Notes: generated by a model not told the origin, from the sequence alone. 43,634 nt of DNA from an uncultured Candidatus Saccharibacteria bacterium (GCA_964413845.1 CAYPTJ010000032.1:1-43634); one strand, 5' to 3'. Counted from the stretch's first letter, positions 1-8,564 are shown. Numbers and translations: made by a program.

Positions 1-2160
1 TTGAGTGTTACCAAGACCTCCTCAACCGACATCGAGATCGGGATCGAGATCACCGGTACGGAGATACGGATCAGCCAGATTTCAGCGGTGATCACCTACA
101 CTCCTCCCGACACCACCCCGCCGGTGATTACCAACATCCAAGCCTCTGACATCACCCAAACCACGGCAAAAATCACCTGGACAACTGATGAGCCGGCCAC
201 CTCCCAGGTGGAGTATGGGAAAACGACAAGTTATGGCAGCCAAACCTCTCTTGATCCAGACCTTGTTACCTCCCACACCGTTAATCTTTCAAGCCTTGAG
301 GCCGGAACCCTTTACCACTACCGAGTCAAATCTAAGGATGCGAACAATAACCTCGCTACTTCTTCTGATAAAACCTTCACCACCGAGGCAGGACCGGATA
401 CCACTCCCCCGGTCATCTCCAGTATCCAAGCCCAAAATATCAGCCAAACTGGAGTGACGATCACCTGGAACACCGACGAGCCCGCGACTTCCCAGGTGGA
501 GTACGGAACGACCACCGCTTACGGGAATTCAACTGCCATCAACAGCTCTTTGGTGACCTTTCACTCCGTCACCTTAAGTGGGCTTACCGCGGATACCACC
601 TATCACTACCGGGTCAAATCGAAAGATGCGAACAATAATTTAGCCACTTCCGGCGACAAAACCTTTACGACCTCAGGGAAACCTCTGCCTCCTGAGGAGG
701 TGGAAAAAGCGCTCCCTGGAACCCCGAAGGTTGAGGCTCCGAAAATCGAAGCCGACAAGACCCCACCGAAGGTTTCCCTAGATCCTCCCTCCATAAATCC
801 CACCAAATCTGCCACTACCACTTTTTCAGGAAGGACGACAGAGAAGATGGGGATCGTCTCCGCCCTTCAGTTTTCGCTCAACGGAGGGAAAAGCTGGCAT
901 CCGATCAAGGAGATTAAGGGCTTGGGGAAAAAGAAAGCCTCTTTCACCTTTACCACTCCCTATCTGGTGGATGGAAACTACGAGGTCGTCGTCAGGGCAT
1001 TCGACAACAGCGATAACATTGGTCTTTCCCCAGTTAGGGTCTTAGTGGTGGACGTTCTTCCTCCCTTGGTGGGAGGACATATTGCTACCCTCGGTCCTCA
1101 GGTTCTTACTCCCGATAAAGATGGGTTTGTCACGGCGCTTGTCGGGAGTGAGCAGAAGATTATTCTCTCGGCGGTTGGGGGACCGACTAAGGTGAAGATC
1201 CTCTTGGGGGAAGAAACCTTTCCCCTCGCTTACTCTTCTGATATCCGTCTATGGTCGGGGAATGTGCGGTTTGCTGAACTTGGAGCGCATGATCTTCGGG
1301 TTGTTGCTGAAGATGGAGCGGGAAACAAAACAGATAGGTTTTTGGGAGGTGTTTGGGTGCAGCCGGGAGGGGAGGTTTTGGATGGGGAGGCGGGAAAGCC
1401 GATCGAAAAAGCCGAGGTCTATCTTTATTTCTTTGAAGAGGTGACCAAGAGCTGGGTTCTCTGGGATGCCGCTTCTTTTGGTCTCAAAAACCCCTACCTC
1501 ACCGACAAGAAAGGTCAGTACAGCTTCTTTGTTCCTCCCGGAAGATATTACCTTTCTGTTTCTGCTCCGGGATATCGGACGGTGACCTCGGAAATTGTAG
1601 AGCTGGAGCGAGGTTCTCTTTTGGGCTATATCTTCCGTCTCCCACCCCGGCCTTACATTGCGATTCCCTTCTTTGGGATCACGATCCATCTCCCCGCCTT
1701 TTTGGATTTTCTGGTCGCCGGCAAAGAGTCCGTTGGCCCTTCGGTAACTGTCCCCGAACCCAAAACTTTGAAGTTGGGGGATAAGATTCCCTCATTCACA
1801 CTTTCTGATTTGAAGGGGAAGCAGATCTCATCGGAAGATTTAAAGGGCAGGCTTTTTCTCACCTTCGGTAGCGTCTGGAGCCCTACCTTCTTTGAGCAAG
1901 CACCCATCTTAAGTGCTGTCGCTAAGAAAAAGGTCTCTTTCTACGTCGTTTTTCTCCAGGAGAAAGCCTCGGCGGTCGAAACCTTTCTAAAAAGAGGGGG
2001 ATATTCTTTCCCTAGCTTAATCGACAAAACAGGTGTCTTGGCCCAAAGCTACAAGGTTCTTACCTTGCCCCAGCACTTCTTTATTGAAAACGGGATTATC
2101 CGGGCAGTTGAGATGGGAGTTTTGGATGAAGCGGGGTTGCTTGAGGGACTCCAGAGATGA
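1..2160 (+). CDS. Large surface protein, 5'-truncated by the window edge. Two tandem FN3-like modules, then Ig-like/carboxypeptidase-regulatory-like beta modules, one hydrophobic segment and a C-terminal TlpA/ResA-like thioredoxin-fold domain without CxxC.
   Basis: ORF is open from nt 1. Two ~90-aa repeats (PPVIxxIQAxxIxQTxxxITWxTDEPATSQVEYGxTTxYG...YHYRVKSKDANNNLATS). GRYYLSVSAPGYRT motif. C-terminal DLKGRLFLTFGSVWSPTFFEQAP redoxin-like segment. Confidence 0.7.
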   Translation: MSVTKTSSTDIEIGIEITGTEIRISQISAVITYTPPDTTPPVITNIQASDITQTTAKITWTTDEPATSQVEYGKTTSYGSQTSLDPDLVTSHTVNLSSLEAGTLYHYRVKSKDANNNLATSSDKTFTTEAGPDTTPPVISSIQAQNISQTGVTITWNTDEPATSQVEYGTTTAYGNSTAINSSLVTFHSVTLSGLTADTTYHYRVKSKDANNNLATSGDKTFTTSGKPLPPEEVEKALPGTPKVEAPKIEADKTPPKVSLDPPSINPTKSATTTFSGRTTEKMGIVSALQFSLNGGKSWHPIKEIKGLGKKKASFTFTTPYLVDGNYEVVVRAFDNSDNIGLSPVRVLVVDVLPPLVGGHIATLGPQVLTPDKDGFVTALVGSEQKIILSAVGGPTKVKILLGEETFPLAYSSDIRLWSGNVRFAELGAHDLRVVAEDGAGNKTDRFLGGVWVQPGGEVLDGEAGKPIEKAEVYLYFFEEVTKSWVLWDAASFGLKNPYLTDKKGQYSFFVPPGRYYLSVSAPGYRTVTSEIVELERGSLLGYIFRLPPRPYIAIPFFGITIHLPAFLDFLVAGKESVGPSVTVPEPKTLKLGDKIPSFTLSDLKGKQISSEDLKGRLFLTFGSVWSPTFFEQAPILSAVAKKKVSFYVVFLQEKASAVETFLKRGGYSFPSLIDKTGVLAQSYKVLTLPQHFFIENGIIRAVEMGVLDEAGLLEGLQR

Positions 2161-2177
2161 TAGGGTAAATTATAAAT

Positions 2178-2308
2178 CCGAATATCGAATATCGAAATTC
2201 GAAACAAATTCAAATGACAAAAATCCTAATGAACGAAACATTTAGAACATTTAAACATTTGGATTTAGATATTGTTTCGTGCTTCGGATTTCGTATTTCG
2301 TGCTTGCG
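2178..2308. repeat. Inverted pair of degenerate heptamer arrays separated by an AT-rich spacer.
   Basis: Left arm ccgaata/tcgaata/tcgaaat/tcgaaac (2178-2205). Right arm gtttcgt/gcttcgg/atttcgt/atttcgt/gcttgcg (2274-2308) is its approximate reverse complement. The spacer contains aacattt three times. Confidence 0.6.
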
Positions 2309-2315
2309 TTAAGCC

Positions 2316-3911
2316 ATGTGGAGAGCTTTTTGGGCGCAAAACATACATTTTAGTTTAGAGGTCTTTGTCGCCTTGGTGGCTTTTTCGGCGGGATGGATCT
2401 TTTTGGACAGCTGGCTGTTTAAAAAGGAAAAAAAGATGGCCCTTAGGGCGGGGGGCTTTTTCCTTTATGCCCTTGCCTCAATCATCCACGCCGCGGCCGC
2501 TGAGGAAGCTCTCCTTTTCCTTCCTTTTGGGATCGCCAAGGCCTCCGGTTTGGCTCTGATCATTTGGAGCATGCTTCTGGAACCGATCCAGCCCCTTCCT
2601 GGTTCCGCCAAAGCCAAGGTCGCCGCAGTCACCGTTACTATTCCCACCGAGAAGCTGGGTGGGCTTCTGGCGGTTTTGAAGTTGGCGATCGCGCCTTTCT
2701 TTGCCGCCGTCTCGGCAACCCTTTCTTTAGTGATCAGCACTCTCTACTTCCGCCTCGCTGGAGTGGGGCTGGAGAAGCAACAGGTTCCTGCCTTCAAAGC
2801 TTTTTTGCTTCTGGCGGTTGCCGAAGCGGTCAGCTTCTTTTCGATCTTCTCCACCTCCGCCAACATCTTTATCTCCAAATTTGTCAGTATTTATGGTCCT
2901 TTGTGGTCGGTGGAACATTTGATTAAGTTAGTTGCCTTTGTCGTTTTGGGGGTTTGGGTTTGGGGATACTTGCGGTTCCGCTTGCGGGAGGAGATCTTTA
3001 TCATCTTTGTTTCGGTTACTTTGGGAGTCTTCCTTTTCACCACCTTGGCCTTTACCACCTTGCTTTTGCAGAACCTCCAAAGAGATGCCTTGAAGAAGTT
3101 AGAGACAGACGTCAAGGTTTTGGATTTTGCCATTGAGAGATTACAAGCGGAAGCCCTTTCTGACGCGCGAGCGGTCTCCTCCAACGCCGATGTCGTTGAG
3201 GCTTTAAAGGCAGGGGATAGGGATAAACTTTTTACTCTCGCTCAGAGCTTTTTGGTCAGTATGGAGACGGATTTCCTGGCGATCACCAACGATGCGGCGG
3301 AGGTACTTGTGCGAGCCGAGGATAAAGAGCGTTCCGGCGACAGCCTTTCTGATAACCTAGCGGTGATGAACGCCCTTTTGGAAAGGCCACTGGTCACGGT
3401 GGTCAAGCGCGAGGGGGTTTTGACGCCTCAGGTCTTTATTGAGGCGGCGGTACCCGTCAAAGGCTCTGGTGTTCTAGGGGCGGCCTTAACCGGATTTATC
3501 GTGGATGATGCCTTTGTTGATCGGGTGAAGGAGATCACCGGTCTGGATGTGACCGTTTTTGGAGGAAATGAACGCTCGGCAACTACCTTTTTGGCTCCGG
3601 ATGAAAAATCGCGGGAGCTGGGAACTCTGGAGCCTGACCCAAGAATAAACAGAACGGTCTTGATAAGGGGGGAGATTTATGTGGGGGGCGCGACGGTTTT
3701 GAACCAGCCTTATTTCACCGCCTATCTTCCGTTAAAGAATGTCAGTGATGAAGTGGTGGGAATGCTCTTTGTCGGTGCTCCGCAAACGACTGTTTTGGAG
3801 ACGGCCCAGGAAACCTTTCAACTAACCTTCCTCCTTTCCAGCATCCTGATGATCTTTTCCCTCATCCCCTCCTATTTCATCTCGCGCTATATCCACTCCC
3901 AGATAGCGTGA
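2316..3911 (+). CDS. Polytopic membrane protein with a large extracytoplasmic Cache-like sensor region and a terminal TM helix; no transmitter/output domain.
   Basis: About 7-8 hydrophobic helices in the first ~250 aa. A ~240-aa soluble region follows (LAITNDAAEVLVRAED..., GGATVLNQPYFTAYLPLKN..VVGMLFVG), typical of double-Cache/sensor folds. It ends in one TM helix followed by about 10 residues. Confidence 0.55.
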   Translation: MWRAFWAQNIHFSLEVFVALVAFSAGWIFLDSWLFKKEKKMALRAGGFFLYALASIIHAAAAEEALLFLPFGIAKASGLALIIWSMLLEPIQPLPGSAKAKVAAVTVTIPTEKLGGLLAVLKLAIAPFFAAVSATLSLVISTLYFRLAGVGLEKQQVPAFKAFLLLAVAEAVSFFSIFSTSANIFISKFVSIYGPLWSVEHLIKLVAFVVLGVWVWGYLRFRLREEIFIIFVSVTLGVFLFTTLAFTTLLLQNLQRDALKKLETDVKVLDFAIERLQAEALSDARAVSSNADVVEALKAGDRDKLFTLAQSFLVSMETDFLAITNDAAEVLVRAEDKERSGDSLSDNLAVMNALLERPLVTVVKREGVLTPQVFIEAAVPVKGSGVLGAALTGFIVDDAFVDRVKEITGLDVTVFGGNERSATTFLAPDEKSRELGTLEPDPRINRTVLIRGEIYVGGATVLNQPYFTAYLPLKNVSDEVVGMLFVGAPQTTVLETAQETFQLTFLLSSILMIFSLIPSYFISRYIHSQIA

Positions 3912-3917
3912 GTGAAA

Positions 3918-4006
3918 GTCAGATATCGGATGTCAGATATCGGATTGCCAGATTGCGGATCTGATACCTGGAATCTGAAACCTGATATCTGATACCTGAA
4001 GTCTGG
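3918..4006. repeat. Long imperfect palindrome built from heptamer repeats between convergent genes; candidate bidirectional terminator.
   Basis: Left arm tcagata/tcggatg/tcagata/tcggatt/gccagat/tgcggat. Right arm ctgatac/ctggaat/ctgaaac/ctgatat/ctgatac/ctgaagt is approximately the reverse complement (shared tcagatatc core). Confidence 0.55.
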
Positions 4007-4693
4007 TTACTTTTCTTCTATTCCTTCAAACTTCCGGGCGGCTTTTTTGGCTTGTTGGGTGGCTTGTTCGAACTCTGTTTCTGCCTTTCGAATCTCCTGC
4101 TCGACCGCCTCCACCGCTTCTCTAGGGGTGGTTGCTTTCTCCATCGCCTCCATCTTCCGCATCGTTTTCTCCATCTTTTGGCGGGCAAGATCTAAAGCAA
4201 GATCCGCTTGGGTAATCCCCCTCTCCACTACCTCTTTCTTCCGTTCCTCCTCTTCCTTCTCCCTTTCTCTTTTTATAATCTCTTCTTTTCTCTCCTCAAC
4301 CTCAGGAACCCCTCTGGCGTAGGATTCAATGATATCCCTTACATAATCCACTACCTGCCGAGGGGGATAATCGGTTTTAACCAGGTAAGCAACCGCTCCC
4401 ATCTCCAATCCACGCTCCAAAATCTCCTGTCCCCCGCCTACATTGGTGAGTAAAATCACCGGAATCCCTGCCGTCTGGGGATCCTCCTTTATCTTTTTAA
4501 GCATCTCCAGCCCGCTCATCTTGGGCATCATGATGTCAAGAAGTATCAGTTCAGGTTTGAACTCCTCAACCTTTTTAAGTCCCTCCTCTCCATCCAAGGC
4601 AACCTCGACTTGATAACCGTCGTCGGAGAACTTTTTTTGGTACATGCGGGCGAGGACGGAGTAGTCTTCAACGATGAGGATTTTGGCAGCCAT
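4007..4693 (-). CDS. Response regulator: CheY-like receiver domain plus a ~100-aa E/K-rich helical tail, with no recognisable output domain.
   Basis: KILIVEDYSVLARMY...LILLDIMMPKMSGLEML...IPVILLTN...AVAYLVK receiver motifs. Tail is EERKEEIIKREREKEEEERKKE... Confidence 0.85.
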   Translation of the reverse strand: MAAKILIVEDYSVLARMYQKKFSDDGYQVEVALDGEEGLKKVEEFKPELILLDIMMPKMSGLEMLKKIKEDPQTAGIPVILLTNVGGGQEILERGLEMGAVAYLVKTDYPPRQVVDYVRDIIESYARGVPEVEERKEEIIKREREKEEEERKKEVVERGITQADLALDLARQKMEKTMRKMEAMEKATTPREAVEAVEQEIRKAETEFEQATQQAKKAARKFEGIEEK

Positions 4694-4730
4694 GGCTACA
4701 TCGTAGCAATTTCTAAATCCTAATTGCTCT

Positions 4731-4770
4731 AATCCGCCAAGGGCGGATTTAGCCCCGATAGATCCGGGGC
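4731..4770. other. Two adjacent GC-rich hairpins in the gap between the two tailed receiver genes.
   Basis: aatccgcc-aag-ggcggatt (4731-4749) and gccccg-atagatc-cggggc (4752-4770). Confidence 0.45.
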
Positions 4771-4822
4771 GTCATTTCTAATCAAGTCCCAATGTTTTCA
4801 ATTCCCAATTAGGTCAATTAGT

Positions 4823-5437
4823 TTACTTTTCTTCGAGTCCCTTTCCCAGCTCTTTGAGCTTTTCCATCGCTTCCTGGGCCTGTTTTTGAGCCATCTCCAA
4901 AAGGGTAGTTGCCTTTCTTACCTCCTCTTCGGCCGCTTCTTTTAGGGCCTTTTTTTCCCTTTCGGGCTTCTCTTCTTTCTTCTCCTCAACCTTCGGCGGG
5001 GGTGGAGGAGCTTCCTCCTCAGCCAGTGTTAGCGGGAGGGCAGGCTTTTTTACCTCCTTGCTGAGGGTTTCCTTGATCAGATTAATAACCTGCCGGGGGG
5101 CGTATTTTGCTTTGACAAGATAAGCAACCGCGCCAAGCTGCAGTCCGCGCTCAATCGTTTCAGAAGGTCCGCCGAGGTTGGTGAGTAAAATCACGGGAAT
5201 ATGGGCGGTCTCGGGAGCTTTTTTAACCTCCTCTAAGACCTCAAGGCCATCCTTTTTGGGAAGCATGATATCAAGAAGCACCAGATCAGGTTTGAGCTCC
5301 TTAATCATTCTTTCCCCCTCCTCACCATCCAAAGCGACCTCAACCTCAAACCCATCAGCCCTCAGCTTGTTCTGGTACATCCTCGCCAAAACGGCGTAAT
5401 CTTCAATGATGAGAATTCTTTGCTTTTCTTTGGCCAT
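4823..5437 (-). CDS. Response regulator: receiver domain plus a Pro-rich linker and an E/K-rich helical tail (paralog of 4007..4693).
   Basis: RILIIEDYAVLARMY...LVLLDIMLPKKDGLEVL...IPVILLTN...AVAYLVK. Tail is EEEAPPPPPKVEEKKEEKPEREKK... Confidence 0.85.
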   Translation of the reverse strand: MAKEKQRILIIEDYAVLARMYQNKLRADGFEVEVALDGEEGERMIKELKPDLVLLDIMLPKKDGLEVLEEVKKAPETAHIPVILLTNLGGPSETIERGLQLGAVAYLVKAKYAPRQVINLIKETLSKEVKKPALPLTLAEEEAPPPPPKVEEKKEEKPEREKKALKEAAEEEVRKATTLLEMAQKQAQEAMEKLKELGKGLEEK

Positions 5438-5453
5438 CTTACTTATTTTAAGA

Positions 5454-5482
5454 GTTTCCAGTTGTCAATTGCCAGTTTCCAA
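5454..5482. repeat. Heptamer array in the HK/receiver intergenic gap.
   Basis: gtttcca/gttgtca/attgcca/gtttcca with strict 7-nt phasing. Confidence 0.5.
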
Positions 5483-7129
5483 TTACTTCTTTCCTTTCGC
5501 CAAGGGCAAAGAGAAAGAAAACGTCGATCCCTTTCCGAGCTCGCTCTCAAGCCAGATCTCCCCCCCCATCCCCTCTACGAGTTGTTTTGAGATATAAAGC
5601 CCAAGACCTGTTCCGTGCCTTTCGCGAGCTAAGGTTGTCTCAACTGTATAAAAGCGTTTAAAGATGTGGGGTTGGTCCTTTTTGGCGATTCCAATTCCCG
5701 TGTCCTTTACCGATGTGATGAGTTTACCTTTTTCAGTTTGAAAAGAGATCATGATCTCCCCCTCGTCGGTGAATTTGATCGCGTTTCCCACAAGGTTGAT
5801 TAAAATTTCTCTAAGCTTGTCAGGATCAGCTTGAACCTGAGAAGGTCTGAGGGGGACAATCTCCAACTTCAGCCCCTTACGCTTGGCTGCTTCAGAGAGA
5901 TCGGTAACAACCTCTGATGCTACCGCCAGAAGGTCAATATTTTGCAGCTTGAACTCAATCTTTCCTCTCTCAACCCGGGAGGCGCTTAAAAGATCTTCTA
6001 CCAACCTGACCATCCGCTCGGTTGATTCGTAGGCGTCTTCGAGGTACGTCCTTACCTGAGGATTTATCTTCCCAGCGTCGCCTTCCAGGACCATATCTAA
6101 GAAGCCCTTAACACCGGTTAGAGGTGTCCGCAACTCGTGGGAGGCCATGGCGACAAACTCTCGGCGGGTGCGCTCAAGCTCCAACTCCTTGGTGATCTCT
6201 CTAAAGATAAGAACTGTTCCCACTACCTCTCCTTTGACATTGCAGATAGTCCTCGTATGAAGAAAGGCAGGTAGGCGCCCCTTATCCGCGGTTTCCATAA
6301 AAACCTCTCCAGAAAAAACCCCTGCCTTGCCGGCAGGCAGGCCAGATTTTGCCATATTGGCGATGAGGCATTCTTGCTCGCCGCATAAACGCTTTCCCTT
6401 TAGGTCGAAGATGTTAAGGACCCTGTGCTCCTCCTTTCCCAACAGCTCTTCCTCAGAAAAGCCCAGCGTTTTTCTCGCCTCTTCATTGTAAAAGCTGATC
6501 TGGTGATTTGGTTCAATCATTAAAACCCCATCTCCCATCTGTTCCAAAATGGTGCGGTAGTTTTCGGAAGTTTTTAGGGTTTCCCCATAGAGATGGGCGT
6601 TCTCCAAAGCCAGAGCAGCTGAGTCGCCAAAGGTGTCAAGGATCGCAAGAATGTCCTCTTCAAGCTTTTCCCCCTTCCCTTCCTCAACCAGAATCAACCC
6701 TAAATCCTCATCTGCCAAAACCAGGGGAATAAAAATGGCGCTTTCAAGGTCTAAAGTTTTAGCCAGGTTTTGGAGGTCTTTTTCTTTGGTAAACGTCTTT
6801 TGAGGATTGATCTGCCGAAAGGTCTTTTTCTCACGAAAAGCTTGTTTAAGCTGGGGATTTCGATCAACTTTAATCGTTAAATCTTTTAAAGAGGGAGGCA
6901 GCTTTTCGGTGGGCCGCCTAGGGCGAGCCTCGCCTTCGGCGGGGGAGGTGAGGTAGGAGGCAGCATACTTTAACCCTTCCAGCTGAGGAAGGAATAAAAA
7001 AGTGCGCTCAAAACCGAAAGATTCGTACAAGGACAGGGGGATTACCTCAGCAAGGGTCTCATAGTTTAAGATCCCTTTAAGGCTGGAGACGGATTTATAT
7101 AAATTAGCGAGGTGTGAATCTTCCTCCAT
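5483..7129 (-). CDS. Soluble sensor histidine kinase (GAF-like, PAS, HisKA, HATPase_c); no TM segment.
   Basis: H-box EFVAMASHELRTPLT, N-box NLVGNAIKFT, G-boxes DTGIGI and GTGLGLYISKQLVEGMGG. PAS-like GDGVLMIEPNHQISFYNEEA. Confidence 0.9.
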   Translation of the reverse strand: MEEDSHLANLYKSVSSLKGILNYETLAEVIPLSLYESFGFERTFLFLPQLEGLKYAASYLTSPAEGEARPRRPTEKLPPSLKDLTIKVDRNPQLKQAFREKKTFRQINPQKTFTKEKDLQNLAKTLDLESAIFIPLVLADEDLGLILVEEGKGEKLEEDILAILDTFGDSAALALENAHLYGETLKTSENYRTILEQMGDGVLMIEPNHQISFYNEEARKTLGFSEEELLGKEEHRVLNIFDLKGKRLCGEQECLIANMAKSGLPAGKAGVFSGEVFMETADKGRLPAFLHTRTICNVKGEVVGTVLIFREITKELELERTRREFVAMASHELRTPLTGVKGFLDMVLEGDAGKINPQVRTYLEDAYESTERMVRLVEDLLSASRVERGKIEFKLQNIDLLAVASEVVTDLSEAAKRKGLKLEIVPLRPSQVQADPDKLREILINLVGNAIKFTDEGEIMISFQTEKGKLITSVKDTGIGIAKKDQPHIFKRFYTVETTLARERHGTGLGLYISKQLVEGMGGEIWLESELGKGSTFSFSLPLAKGKK

Positions 7130-7520
7130 GGTTAATTTTTTCCCGCCCTAAGGCAGATTGAACCTTGCCAACGACCCCCTTCATCGTATAGTCAGATTTT
7201 TTGATAAAGTCTCGTGCCCCCAGCTGAATTGCTCTTTGGACCTCCTCCCCTTCACCAGAAAGATTAGAAAGGACTAAAACCGGGATGTTTCTCGTCTTGG
7301 GGTTTTCTTTTAACCTTCTTAAAGCCTCGAAACCATCCATTCCTGGCATCACGATGTCTAACAGTATCACATCGGGAGGATCGGAAGAAGCAGACTTGAG
7401 ACCTGCAAGGGCATCGGTGGCAACATTTACCTTGTAGCCCTCAAAGTCAAGTTTGGTTTTGTAGAGCTTGACCATCAGCTGGTCGTCTTCTATTAGAAGG
7501 ACCTTCTTTTTTTTAAGCAT
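7104..7520 (-). CDS. Single-domain response regulator (receiver only).
   Basis: KKVLLIEDDQLMVKLY...VILLDIVMPGMDGFEAL...IPVLVLSN...ARDFIKK. The 3' end overlaps the HK start by 26 nt. Confidence 0.85.
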   Translation of the reverse strand: MLKKKKVLLIEDDQLMVKLYKTKLDFEGYKVNVATDALAGLKSASSDPPDVILLDIVMPGMDGFEALRRLKENPKTRNIPVLVLSNLSGEGEEVQRAIQLGARDFIKKSDYTMKGVVGKVQSALGREKINHGGRFTPR

Positions 7521-7646
7521 GCGAGTTTATTTTAGGCGAAGGCGGGGTAGCCAATCAAGGCTTGGCTAAGGGGTTGGTATTTGGTCGCAAGCCAAACATC
7601 TTAATTACAAGTTTCGAATTAACCAATCAACTGGAAAATCGCCCTA

Positions 7647-8060
7647 TCAGGCGCTTTTAACTTCCGGAAGCTCGTCTCTTTTGGTTGCGGCCAAAATCTC
7701 CTTCACTTTTACGACCACCTGGGAGGGCCTGAGCTGGCTTTTGACAAGATAGGTGACCGCCCCTAGCTCCAAGCCTTTTTCGATATCTTCTTCGCCTGAA
7801 TCTCTCGCTAAGTTGGTCAAAAGAATGACCGGTATATTTTTGATCTCGGGATCTTTTTTTACCTCCCCTAAGACCTCAAGGCCGTTCATTTTGGGCATCA
7901 TGATGTCCAGAAGCACCAAGGCGGGCTTCTCTTCTTTGATCTTTTTGAGCCCGTCCCCGCCGTTTAGAGCAGTAATAACCTCCAAACCATCCTTCCTGAA
8001 CTTTTGTTCATACATGGTGACGAGAAGTCGATCATCGTCAATGATAAGAACTTTGGCCAT
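7647..8060 (-). CDS. Single-domain response regulator (receiver only).
   Basis: AKVLIIDDDRLLVTMY...LVLLDIMMPKMNGLEVL...IPVILLTN...AVTYLVK. Confidence 0.85.
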   Translation of the reverse strand: MAKVLIIDDDRLLVTMYEQKFRKDGLEVITALNGGDGLKKIKEEKPALVLLDIMMPKMNGLEVLGEVKKDPEIKNIPVILLTNLARDSGEEDIEKGLELGAVTYLVKSQLRPSQVVVKVKEILAATKRDELPEVKSA

Positions 8061-8066
8061 GACTAT

Positions 8067-8564
8067 TTAAGGGTTTAACCCCTTCAGCCTGTCGATGCGC
8101 TTCTGGGACTCTTCTTTTTCCTCTTTCTCCTCTGGCTCCCCCGACAGACGGGTGCTGAGACCTCCCAAAACACCCATCAAGAAATAACAAAGAATTGCCG
8201 GAAGCAAGAGTATGCCGGCGTAGGCAAGGGAAAGGGTCCACTGAATCGGGGTGAATTCCATCCCCGTCGCTAACTGCTGGACGGCGTAAGCTTCGGCGAC
8301 CATCCCCACCGCAAGAAGAATCGCCGCCTTAAGAAAATATTGCTTTTCAATTAAAGAAACCACCAAGAGAGCCGAGACCAGAAGCGCGAGAGCTCTCACT
8401 CCGATGGCGGCGGCGGTAAGGGGATACACCGAAAGGTAATTTTGGGAGAGAAAGGCAAACGGGTTAGCAATCTCGAGCTGGACGGGGCCGGCAAACGATT
8501 CGAGAGCCGAGGAAAGGACAAAAAGCGAGATCGCGACCACGACCCAATATTCTTTCTCCATCAC
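8067..8564 (-). CDS. Small 4-5 TM membrane protein with an acidic C-terminal tail; first gene of the receiver/HK operon.
   Basis: Hydrophobic helices throughout. Its stop lies 7 nt before the next start. No recognisable family. Confidence 0.5.
   Translation of the reverse strand: MMEKEYWVVVAISLFVLSSALESFAGPVQLEIANPFAFLSQNYLSVYPLTAAAIGVRALALLVSALLVVSLIEKQYFLKAAILLAVGMVAEAYAVQQLATGMEFTPIQWTLSLAYAGILLLPAILCYFLMGVLGGLSTRLSGEPEEKEEKEESQKRIDRLKGLNP

Noticed and set aside
3918-4006. Heptamer arrays as a CRISPR array or mini-CRISPR.
   Set aside because: The units are 7 nt, contiguous and degenerate, with no spacers of 25-40 nt. No cas genes are present. The PD-(D/E)XK/Cas4-like domain at 42945..43634 looks like the C-terminus of a helicase-nuclease.
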